Virus record (IMG/VR): IMGVR_UViG_3300030361_000024
Source of the DNA: a virus
Direction: 5' to 3' (one strand)
DNA length: 64,000 bases
Part shown: positions 8,055 through 15,597 of the stretch, piece after piece
Layout of the letters: each line of letters begins with the position of its first letter
Position numbering within the stretch: position 1 is the first letter of the stretch
Program-made: the position numbers and the translations under genes
Notes under the pieces: generated by a model
Told to the model about the DNA's origin: nothing
Database searches by the model: none
The model's input: only the letters and a program-made list of their open reading frames with translations

Positions 8055-8875
8055 AGACCAACCGGGGATTGCAGACCGTGCATTTGACGACTAGGCCAAA
8101 GAGTGGGAACCGTCCTATCTCCGGCAATCTCTTACTTACTTGACGACAGCCGGTTGGTCTTAGTACACGAAACCCGAAGGCTCGGAATCGTCAGGCAAGC
8201 CCGACCAGTTGAGCGTGGCGACCGGCGTATAGCCTAGCCCCGTGCCATTGGCAAAAACCACGCTCATGTGGTGATACAGGTTCGCATATCGGCGGCTTTG
8301 ATGGCATCTCCGCACTATTGCCGATATAGGGGTGGAAACGCGCAACCTAAATGCAACCCCGCTCTGTATCACCACAAAAGAGTGGACATCCCGCTTACCA
8401 GATACGGGGACACTCTTACGCGGTGCCAGTGCTCGTCGCGGTGCATTCAAGGTCGGTCCCGGATATAGGTGTCCGCGCCGCCAATTCATCGCAGAAAAGA
8501 ACACACAAGTTCTGCGATATAGAACGCCGCGAGACAACTGCTGCACGTTCTAACTGTTGATCGTGGCGTAGTTCCGACTTAACGGCTTTGTGGCCTGACC
8601 CACCAGATTTTCGAGTTTGCACCCCGTCACTGGTTTACTACTCACCGCTTTGGCCACGATCATGAGGTGTGACTGCCTTATGCTAGTATTCGGCAATGAC
8701 TTACGATTTCCAACTAGCGATTGGTTCTTGTCGTCTATGTCACACCACAAAATAGCGGTTTAGCGCAGGGATCGCACACTTATGTGACGGCTTTTGCGAC
8801 CCTATCCCGGCCAAGGGAAACACCGCTGCGCTATGTCTTGCCTACCACGCCATTTCAGGTAGCACAATAGGCAAA
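8055..8875. ncRNA. candidate large structured non-coding RNA (class unknown; strand unresolved)
   Basis: An ORF-free stretch of about 0.8 kb packed with nested perfect inverted repeats of 7-12 bp. None has a U-tract. See the finding for coordinates. Confidence 0.4.
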
Positions 8876-8890
8876 TTTCAAAACCCGCGA

Positions 8891-9859
8891 TTACTTTACG
8901 CTCATCAAAACGTCAGTATCTTGACCCATCATAGTCTGGGGCAACTGCCCATTCCAGCGCTGGGCGCGGGTGTACTCAATGAACAGAGGGTTAGCAGCCA
9001 GAGCCTTTTCAACATCACGGATGCCCTGAGCCTCAGCAGCTTTGCGCAATCGTGTTGCGTCAGCTTCTGCTTCAGCCTCTGTTCGCACCTTGTATGCGTT
9101 ACCGTCGGCTTGGGCCTTCAGGGCGTCACGCTGGGCTTCTGCGGTCTGCACGGTTTGCAAGGATTCCAGCCGCTGCCGTTCAAGGTTGTACTGTTCGCGC
9201 GCGGCGTTTTCGCGGGCCTGCTCTTTTTCAAGGACAGACTTCATGTAAACCTCTGGCAGGGCTACATTCTCGATCTGTGGACTGTTGACCGATACAGGAT
9301 ACCCAGCCATCAGATCTGTCAGAATAGCCAGAACCTCAGCCGTTGCTGCCTGTCGATCACGGATCAGCTCATCAGCATTGAACTTGCCGATTGCAGCCTT
9401 TGCAGCTTCACGCAGCTTGGGATCAAGAATGCGCTCCTGAAACTGCCCCAGAGAGCCGTACTTCTTGTAAATATCCATCACCGCATCCGCGCTTGCAGTC
9501 CAGTTGACAGAAACGGTTGCAGTGACAGGAAGTTGGTTCTTGGTTGCTGCCGCCAGATCCTCAACGGTCTTGCGCTCACGGATTTCGATCTTGCGAACCC
9601 CATCAATAAATGGCGCTTTAAAGTGCAGTCCAGGGCCAACCTGATACTGCGCCTCACCGAAGCGTGTAACGACACCTCGCTCACCCTCCCCAACAGTGAA
9701 GAACGAAAACCCTAGAACAACAATACTACCAATACCAATGGCAATATCTCGAATGATTGCCCCTAGCCGAATATCTGATGTCACTTTTACATCGCCATAA
9801 CGATCCTTGCGGGTTTTTTCGTAAGTGTATCGTCCAGTATTCCGAATTTCTACAGCCAT
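8891..9859 (-). CDS. SPFH/Band-7 (prohibitin/HflC-like) membrane protein
   Basis: 322 aa. It has an N-terminal TM helix (AIGIGSIVVLGFSFF), the SPFH core GERGVVTRFGEAQYQVGPGLHFKAPFIDGVRKIEIRE, and a long Ala/Glu/Gln coiled-coil tail. Confidence 0.85.
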   Translation of the reverse strand: MAVEIRNTGRYTYEKTRKDRYGDVKVTSDIRLGAIIRDIAIGIGSIVVLGFSFFTVGEGERGVVTRFGEAQYQVGPGLHFKAPFIDGVRKIEIRERKTVEDLAAATKNQLPVTATVSVNWTASADAVMDIYKKYGSLGQFQERILDPKLREAAKAAIGKFNADELIRDRQAATAEVLAILTDLMAGYPVSVNSPQIENVALPEVYMKSVLEKEQARENAAREQYNLERQRLESLQTVQTAEAQRDALKAQADGNAYKVRTEAEAEADATRLRKAAEAQGIRDVEKALAANPLFIEYTRAQRWNGQLPQTMMGQDTDVLMSVK

Positions 9860-9868
9860 ATTTATCTC

Positions 9869-10018
9869 CTATTGTGTGTAGTAAATAGCCAAAGCCCACA
9901 GGGTAATGACAGCGATAATCCCGCAGACAGCGAACCAGAGACCAACAATCGGTCCGCCTTTGTCGCCATCAAGCCATTCATCAACGGCTTTCAGTTTCTT
10001 GGATAGTGGTGTTTCCAT
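9869..10018 (-). CDS. 49-aa single-pass membrane protein, translationally linked to the SPFH gene
   Basis: Below the track cutoff. ATG 10018 lies behind AGGAGAGG. It reads METPLSKKLKAVDEWLDGDKGGPIVGLWFAVCGIIAVITLWALAIYYTQ. Its TAG lies inside the SPFH RBS. Confidence 0.55.
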   Translation of the reverse strand: METPLSKKLKAVDEWLDGDKGGPIVGLWFAVCGIIAVITLWALAIYYTQ

Positions 10019-10484
10019 ATTTCCTCTCCTTATCCTGCTATCAACATATACGTGTAGCGCATGGTGTCAAGGGGGGATGGTGGGGTCGAGTGGTATAAGA
10101 AAATGTTATATGCCCTAGCCAGAGCTATAAGCTTAACTTATTTGACTTCCGGTTCACTATGCTATAAAAAGAAAAAAGGCCCGCAGCGCTACAACGCTCG
10201 GAAGGTAAAGCGCCAGGATTACAGCCTACGTTGGGATTTGACCTCCAATATGGCGGATTTTGGTTGACCAGCCTAGAAAATGGTCAGGCAGGCGTCAGGA
10301 AACCGGCGGGGCGAGAGCCAAAGGTAAACTAGTACTGGGCGAAAGCTGGGCGTGGTCTGCCCCCCGTGGATAGGATAGGTAGGTATCTCCACGGCAGGAA
10401 AAGGGATCAGTATACCCAGAGTAAGGCTTGACCAATCCTCTGGCATGGTGCAGTTTGCATGAAGTAAAGAATAGGAGAGACCGA

Positions 10485-11783
10485 ATGACTAATGGTGAAA
10501 TTTACGTCGGTGATGAGCTGGTGTCCCATACCGGACGCCGTAAGCTGAGCGATATCGTTGCAGAGTATGAAGAGCGGCTTTCTAGGATTGATGATGAGTT
10601 TGAGGAATTCGAGCGGGCGCAGACAGCACTGAAAGCGGCTTGTTGTGTGTCGGGCGTGTGGCCCTACGGAAACCTTGATGTGGGCCACGTGGGTAAGCGT
10701 CAGATGAAGGAATTTCTTCTGAGGTCCGCTTGGCGTTGCGCATATAAGGAGTACAATCTTGAGTACCTTGCAAGCGCATCCGATAAGAGTAAAATTGAGC
10801 GCATGATGGAAGATCCGCCAGAGTTCAATATGATGAATCTCTATGAGTGGTTTGGTGATCTTGCACAGAACCCTCGTGCGTCAATCTTGCGCGGATTAGC
10901 TGAGGTGTTCGCGGATCTTGACCCGGCATTCAAATCCCATGAAAAAATGAAAGTCGGCGTCAAGGGGCTTCCCAAGCGCGTCATCCTGTCCAATGTCGGA
11001 GATTACGGGTGGGGCCGTGATAGGCTCTTGTCAATCTTGAACTCTATTGCGGCAATCAAGGGAGAGAAGCTGGCGGACTATAAGGAAACAAATGACATTT
11101 TGGATAATGGCGACTGTTTGCGGGATACGCGAGGCGTTTGGCTGAAGCGTTTTGCAAACGGCAATGGGCACTTGTTCTTTTCACCTGATACGCTGAAGGC
11201 TGTGAACTTGGGGCTGGCGGAATATTATGGGGATGTCCTGCCTGATTGCCCTGAGGCGCGCCCTGCCAAGAAGGCCAGCACCGAAGTAGCTAAGGATCTG
11301 CAATATTTCCCAACGCCTAAGGCTGTGATTGATAGCGTTATGAATAACGCCTATTACATGAAAGGGAAGAAGGTTCTTGAGCCATCTTGCGGCTGTGGTC
11401 GTTTTCTTGAGGCGATTGCAGTAGAGGGTGGCGATGTGTTTGGCATTGAGTACGACTCGGGCCGAGCGGCTGAGGCGCGCGCGAAAGGCTTTAAAGTTCT
11501 TCAAGCTAACTTCTTGGAGGTCGCCCCGTCTCCCGACTTTGATATGGTTGTTATGAACCCGCCCTTTTATGGCCGTCACTATGCCAAGCATGTTCGTCAC
11601 GCCCTTGAGTTTCTGAAGCCCGATGGAACGCTTTGGTCTGTGCTTCCGTCTACAGCTCGATATGATCATGGGGAACTTGATGACTTGAAACCATACTGGT
11701 ACGATCTTCCTGTCGGGTCGTTCCGGGAAAGCGGCACTAATATCAGCACGTCGGTTGCAAGGATCCGCAAGAAGCAAACATAA
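10485..11783 (+). CDS. N6-adenine DNA methyltransferase with DUF4942-like N-terminal domain
   Basis: Trimmed to ATG 10485 behind AGGAGAG; 432 aa. Motif I is VLEPSCGCGRF and motif IV is VVMNPPFYG. No restriction partner is adjacent. Confidence 0.85.
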   Translation: MTNGEIYVGDELVSHTGRRKLSDIVAEYEERLSRIDDEFEEFERAQTALKAACCVSGVWPYGNLDVGHVGKRQMKEFLLRSAWRCAYKEYNLEYLASASDKSKIERMMEDPPEFNMMNLYEWFGDLAQNPRASILRGLAEVFADLDPAFKSHEKMKVGVKGLPKRVILSNVGDYGWGRDRLLSILNSIAAIKGEKLADYKETNDILDNGDCLRDTRGVWLKRFANGNGHLFFSPDTLKAVNLGLAEYYGDVLPDCPEARPAKKASTEVAKDLQYFPTPKAVIDSVMNNAYYMKGKKVLEPSCGCGRFLEAIAVEGGDVFGIEYDSGRAAEARAKGFKVLQANFLEVAPSPDFDMVVMNPPFYGRHYAKHVRHALEFLKPDGTLWSVLPSTARYDHGELDDLKPYWYDLPVGSFRESGTNISTSVARIRKKQT

Positions 11784-11793
11784 GGACAGACCC

Positions 11794-12057
11794 ATGGATG
11801 AAGAGTTTAACGATTTCCACCTCACCGATATGGACTACTTTGTTGCTGCTCTGGCTCAAGCACACTTCAGCGGTATGGATCTGATTGACGTGCTAAAAGC
11901 CGCTCAGGACAGCCGTAGCGCGCAGGCGTTTGACGCTAGGATTAACAGCCTGTCAGATCACGTGCCCGACGGTGGTATCCGGTGCGCAGAGGACTTTATT
12001 GCGGTGAAAGAGCTGCTGTCCACAATCCCCGGCCTTCTGCCAGAGGGTTTGGCTTAA
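11794..12057 (+). CDS. hypothetical acidic protein (87 aa)
   Basis: Track ORF trimmed to Met14 (ATG 11794, AAGGA RBS), just after the methyltransferase stop. Confidence 0.5.
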   Translation: MDEEFNDFHLTDMDYFVAALAQAHFSGMDLIDVLKAAQDSRSAQAFDARINSLSDHVPDGGIRCAEDFIAVKELLSTIPGLLPEGLA

Positions 12058-12234
12058 AAATACCGGCGGTGCGACCTTCTACAGTGTTCGCGCCCCATCA
12101 CCCTTACAAACAGCGCCCACAGCGGCCTATGCTGGTTGTGGTAGGCGTGACTGCACCAAGAGACGTTTCGCCCTGTGGCGGCCCTATGTGAGAGCCTGGA
12201 CAGGTTGCAAATCACGTCCACTAGATGGTGCATC

Positions 12235-12621
12235 CTACTTTCTCCATCGTTTGACCGTTAAGGCTCCTGCGTCTGCGATAGTAATGGCTGGCACAAGAAT
12301 CATTGCCATTTCGTTTATATGTGCCGGAACATTGTGAATTGTCAGTGACAGTCCTAGTAGCGGGTTGATAATGCTGACGATGTAGATAGCGGCCCACCAG
12401 ATCCCCCACGGAACCACGATGAGCCACCTGCCAAGGCTTGTGGCTGACCACCTGTCCTGCGCTTCGATCCTCGCAATGTCCTGTGCAGCCTGAAGCGCGG
12501 CAATGCGTTGCTCTGCCTCTAGCTTGGCTTCAGTCGTCTCCGCATTCAGCTTGGCTTGGTACGCCTCTTTAAGCTGTCGGGCGATGGGTCCGCCTAGGAA
12601 ACTGAGGATCGCTTGCAGCAT
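12235..12621 (-). CDS. GTA-type 3-TM holin-like membrane protein
   Basis: 128 aa. An N-terminal coiled segment (KLNAETTEAKLEAEQRIAALQAAQDIARIEAQDRW) is followed by 2-3 TM helices. It is the last gene of the lysis cassette. Confidence 0.5.
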   Translation of the reverse strand: MLQAILSFLGGPIARQLKEAYQAKLNAETTEAKLEAEQRIAALQAAQDIARIEAQDRWSATSLGRWLIVVPWGIWWAAIYIVSIINPLLGLSLTIHNVPAHINEMAMILVPAITIADAGALTVKRWRK

Positions 12622-12833
12622 TACTCTTTCTTCTCTTTAGCGGTCCAGCTTGCCCAGAAGCCCAGCACAGCCATCAGGAGGCCGACTACAGCGGGCCAGT
12701 TCTCAAGGGCGATTAGCGACATCAGCAGGGCTGCAGGATCGTCCACAGCGGCTAGGATCGCCAGCATAGGGCCAAGGGCGGTCAGGAGGTGACGCAGCGC
12801 GCCTTGGACTTTAGGGTTGCGAAGTTTGCTCAT
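12621..12833 (-). CDS. small two-TM holin-like protein (70 aa)
   Basis: Two hydrophobic helices plus a KEKKE tail. It has 4-nt and 1-nt overlaps with the endolysin and the downstream gene. Confidence 0.55.
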   Translation of the reverse strand: MSKLRNPKVQGALRHLLTALGPMLAILAAVDDPAALLMSLIALENWPAVVGLLMAVLGFWASWTAKEKKE

Positions 12834-13570
12834 TTGCTTAGCGCCTCTACAATTGCTTTGACCAGTTTAACCAGCCAGTGGTCATCGGGGTATGTTGTGT
12901 TGGCTAGGGCCTTGTCTGGCTCAGTCTCTGGACCGGGCGACGGTTTGTGCAGCGTGTCAATCGCCTGCCCGCGCTTCCACTCGGTGTCCTTGATCTTGGA
13001 CCACTTGTTGTAAGCCTGCCTTAGCTTCACGTCGTACTTGTTCTTCTTGTATCCAGGGCCATTGTATCCCCGTGCAAAACCTGCCCAGTCGTGGCGGCGC
13101 AACTCATCATCCAGTCCAGCCGCAATGATGAACTTAACCATTGCCTCTAGCTGACTACCTTCGCTCTCAGTGAACGCCAGAACCATTTCCTCTGCCCGGT
13201 TATATTCGCACATCGCAAAGTTCTCGCCCAAGATCTGACCTAGACCCCAAGAGGCAGACCGCAGAGCCGCTTCCTTGTTGATCTTCATAGCTCGCTCCAG
13301 GCGGGGGTAACTGTCTTTCGGGTAGTTCCGTTTCCAATTCCGGTAAGCAAGCCCCTGTGCGACCGCCTTGTCCCGCTCTGCGCCGCTAAGGTTGCGGTAG
13401 AAGACGTGTGGCTCAAACAGCATGGCTGGCCTGCCCTGACTGTCATATCCACTCCCGCGCGCCTCTACATCAAGCACAGCGTGGATTTCATCTTCCCCCA
13501 CGCCAATGGTTGCGCCCAATCGGGGGAGGTCTGTATCTTTCAGCCTGATAGCTGTGCCCTTAAAGTTCAT
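12830..13570 (-). CDS. endolysin, N-acetylmuramidase family
   Basis: Trimmed to the first ATG (13570; the track start is a TTG); 246 aa. Signature motifs are SWGLGQILGENF and FARGYNGPGYKKNKYDVKL. ATGA overlap with the upstream micro-ORF. Confidence 0.85.
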   Translation of the reverse strand: MNFKGTAIRLKDTDLPRLGATIGVGEDEIHAVLDVEARGSGYDSQGRPAMLFEPHVFYRNLSGAERDKAVAQGLAYRNWKRNYPKDSYPRLERAMKINKEAALRSASWGLGQILGENFAMCEYNRAEEMVLAFTESEGSQLEAMVKFIIAAGLDDELRRHDWAGFARGYNGPGYKKNKYDVKLRQAYNKWSKIKDTEWKRGQAIDTLHKPSPGPETEPDKALANTTYPDDHWLVKLVKAIVEALSK

Positions 13571-13704
13571 CGGTGGTCTACCTTCAATGTGCAACTAGGA
13601 GCGCTGCAGTTTTTCCCGTTGTCTTGCGGCGCGAATGATGGGAGCACCCCGTGTGCTACTGCCGCGATTAAGGCTGATGTCATAAGCATTTTCACGGTGT
13701 TCAT
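13567..13704 (-). CDS. 45-aa signal-anchor or secreted micro-protein in lysis cassette
   Basis: This is the internal Met62 of track ORF 13567..13887. It reads MNTVKMLMTSALIAAVAHGVLPSFAPQDNGKNCSAPSCTLKVDHR and has ATGA overlaps at both ends (13701-13704 and 13567-13570). Confidence 0.45.
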   Translation of the reverse strand: MNTVKMLMTSALIAAVAHGVLPSFAPQDNGKNCSAPSCTLKVDHR

Positions 13705-13943
13705 TTCCCAAAACCTGCCCACTTTGAAATTTTCTCTAGAAGGGCGCTCACTTCGGTTGACCGAAAGAGAATAAAGAAGGCTATAATCGCAGCCCATGCC
13801 TTCAGGTTGGATACAAAAGCATGGATTGGCTTTACCAAAGGCCACATGAGATTCACGCGCTGCATATTGCGGTGGTACTCTTGCCATTCTGCCTCACTTT
13901 CTGGAGGCGTCTTCCGGTAGCTATTGAGGTCATTGTCAGCCAT
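13701..13943 (-). CDS. single-TM membrane protein (80 aa), holin or antiholin candidate
   Basis: It has a central hydrophobic helix (AWAAIIAFFILF) and is coupled to its neighbours by overlaps. Confidence 0.55.
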   Translation of the reverse strand: MADNDLNSYRKTPPESEAEWQEYHRNMQRVNLMWPLVKPIHAFVSNLKAWAAIIAFFILFRSTEVSALLEKISKWAGFGK

Positions 13944-14490
13944 TTGACATTACCTCCCGCGCATACTCCGCGCCACTCGTGTTGCTAGTGTTACGATTTT
14001 CTTTGTTAACCACAGATCCACCAGCACGGAAAGCACTATTGCCCACCATGCCACGCCCTCTAGCGCTAAGTTCAGAAAGTCTGCCAATGAATTCATGCCG
14101 CAGCGACCACCCAATGAGAAGCATCGCGGCTATCAGCAGAATGTCGCCTGACATATATGGCAACGAACCAACCACACGCGGTGCATCAGTAACCCGTGCC
14201 CACAAGCCAGTTAATCCGTTCAAGGCCAAAAACGACCGAATAAACAAAATGTGTCGCCAGAACTGACTCTGGGTGGCGGTCACTCGCGGGATTGCGGATG
14301 CCGCCACTATCCAAGTAGCAGAAATTAGAAGGATGAGTAAGTCGCTGGATATGGGGAATGCGTCGTAAAACCTGATGGATACTAGCCCAGCCAGGATGAT
14401 GAGTGCTGATCGAACAAAGTGGCCGTTCCCCAGCCAATAAGACAGAGCAGCCATCGAAACAGCAAGGCCCATGAGGAACGGCCAAACCAT
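13936..14490 (-). CDS. polytopic membrane protein (184 aa)
   Basis: It has 4-5 hydrophobic helices and shares a 1-nt overlap with the upstream gene. Confidence 0.65.
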   Translation of the reverse strand: MVWPFLMGLAVSMAALSYWLGNGHFVRSALIILAGLVSIRFYDAFPISSDLLILLISATWIVAASAIPRVTATQSQFWRHILFIRSFLALNGLTGLWARVTDAPRVVGSLPYMSGDILLIAAMLLIGWSLRHEFIGRLSELSARGRGMVGNSAFRAGGSVVNKENRNTSNTSGAEYAREVMSNG

Positions 14491-14720
14491 TACTTGCCGC
14501 CCCCAGAGCGGGTGGAGATCTGACCGTCATCGCCCCACACTTTCAGAGGACCAGCCACTGATTCAGCAGCAGCCAGATGGCTAAGGACCATACTAGCCGT
14601 GTCACGCGCTTCACATTGGTGTGTTGCGCAGCAGTGGTCACGGATTTGAATAACCGTGTTGATGACGTCCCGCAGTTTCTTCTGTGCGTCATCCATTTTG
14701 GCTTGGGTGATTTTGCTCAT
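14490..14720 (-). CDS. hypothetical protein (76 aa)
   Basis: ATG start about 28 nt downstream of a palindromic motif, with protein-like composition. Confidence 0.55.
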   Translation of the reverse strand: MSKITQAKMDDAQKKLRDVINTVIQIRDHCCATHQCEARDTASMVLSHLAAAESVAGPLKVWGDDGQISTRSGGGK

Positions 14721-14748
14721 CCGAATTCCCTAAGTTCAAAGGTGGTAG

Positions 14749-14760
14749 TTAACAAGTTAA
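14749..14760. promoter_or_regulatory. late-region palindrome copy (TTAACAAGTTAA)
   Basis: 11 of 12 match to TTAACATGTTAA. It lies just downstream (minus sense) of the terminator at 14771-14799. Confidence 0.4.
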
Positions 14761-14770
14761 ACAGTACCAC

Positions 14771-14799
14771 AAAAGAAAAGCCCGATCCAGAGACCGGGC
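14771..14799 (-). terminator. intrinsic terminator
   Basis: The minus strand reads GCCCG-N10-CGGGC followed by TTTTCTTTT, after the Met/Gly-rich gene. Confidence 0.5.
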
Positions 14800-14825
14800 G
14801 ATTCAATAGACAATGCATAGGGGTT

Positions 14826-15038
14826 TTAGCCCTTATTGCGCATCATCATTTCGGAGGGTTGGGTGTACATGCCGCCCTTGTTGGATTCAATGGGGCCGGT
14901 TTTCATGCCCATAGGGGTGCTGTAGCGGGAGCCGTCAGGTGCGCCAGTCATCATGCCGCCCATTTTCATGTCACCGCCTTTGTTACCCATGTCGGACTTC
15001 ATGCCGCCCATCATCTTGTCGCCGTAGTGCTTTGGCAT
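14826..15038 (-). CDS. Met/Gly-rich low-complexity protein (70 aa)
   Basis: Trimmed to Met17 (ATG 15038) behind AAGGA. It reads MPKHYGDKMMGGMKSDMGNKGGDMKMGGMMTGAPDGSRYSTPMGMKTGPIESNKGGMYTQPSEMMMRNKG, with 15 Met and 15 Gly in 70 residues. Confidence 0.5.
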   Translation of the reverse strand: MPKHYGDKMMGGMKSDMGNKGGDMKMGGMMTGAPDGSRYSTPMGMKTGPIESNKGGMYTQPSEMMMRNKG

Positions 15039-15079
15039 CTTGTTGATCCTTTCGTGTGTTGTACAACAATACGAACATC

Positions 15080-15091
15080 TTAACATGTTAA
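15080..15091. promoter_or_regulatory. late-region palindrome copy (TTAACATGTTAA)
   Basis: Perfect 12-nt palindrome 41 nt upstream of ATG 15038. Confidence 0.4.
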
Positions 15092-15112
15092 GCTTTAGGA
15101 ATCTAGTCCGTG

Positions 15113-15265
15113 CTACTTACGCTTCTTAGCAGACTTAGCCGCCTGCTTAAACGCCTTGGCTGTCGGGTATCCCTTTTCGCCCGGTCGTTTGGGACGCTTA
15201 CCTGCTTTGCGCCGAGAATGTATATTTTCGTAAAGCCCCGGCTTCTTCTTCGTGCTTTTAGCCAT
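15113..15265 (-). CDS. 50-aa Lys-rich micro-protein
   Basis: Below the track cutoff. It reads MAKSTKKKPGLYENIHSRRKAGKRPKRPGEKGYPTAKAFKQAAKSAKKRK, with 19 of 50 residues Lys or Arg. Confidence 0.5.
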   Translation of the reverse strand: MAKSTKKKPGLYENIHSRRKAGKRPKRPGEKGYPTAKAFKQAAKSAKKRK

Positions 15266-15285
15266 CTGCTAAGTCCTTGATTTTG

Positions 15286-15597
15286 CTACCATTTCGTGAC
15301 CGAAGACCAGTGCGCCGCGCTCATTTTGCCCTTTGCAATGTTCTTTGCATGGCGCGCTTTGAAGGAAGCCCGTCGCTTTTTAGCTGCTTCGCTCTCGCCT
15401 TTCTTGGGTGGAGACCCTTTGACGTTTTGTTGGCCGAAGCGGATCGTCTTGATTTTTGACCCTTCTTTTGCTACGACAACGTGCGACTTGGTGGGGTGGT
15501 TGGGGGTGCGCTTCGGTTTGTTCACGCCCTTAACCCCCGCCCGTTTAACTGCGGCCTTGGCTTTGGCAGCGACGGATTGCTTGCCCTTCTTAGCCAT
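15286..15597 (-). CDS. 103-aa basic protein (RTP..HP.K...IRFG...RR.SFKARH family; DUF5872-like)
   Basis: KPKRTPNHPTKSHVVVAKEGSKIKTIRFG...KKRRASFKARHAKN...SAAHWSSVTKW resembles a small-protein family I recall from marine phages and giant viruses. Confidence 0.65.
   Translation of the reverse strand: MAKKGKQSVAAKAKAAVKRAGVKGVNKPKRTPNHPTKSHVVVAKEGSKIKTIRFGQQNVKGSPPKKGESEAAKKRRASFKARHAKNIAKGKMSAAHWSSVTKW

Noticed and set aside
8160-8750. Six overlapping track ORFs (60-128 aa) on both strands inside the 7962-8890 gap, considered as possible genes or a decayed gene.
   Set aside because: They overlap one another in different frames and lack an RBS. They translate to Arg/Cys/Pro/Ser-rich sequences with no domain-like pattern. 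The region is better explained by its nested inverted repeats.
8055-8875. tRNA cluster, group II intron, retron msr/msd or CRISPR array as explanations for the structured region.
   Set aside because: The ~84-nt units closed by 10-12-bp stems have no cloverleaf, no GTTCGAATC-like T-loop and no D-arm. There is no reverse transcriptase nearby, no 5' GUGYG with a domain V-like hairpin that I could find, and no regularly spaced identical direct repeats.
12058-12234. The convergent junction between the plus-strand island and the lysis cassette, examined for a terminator or attachment site.
   Set aside because: There are only short 4-bp stems and no U-tract. No integrase occurs anywhere in the window to support an att site.
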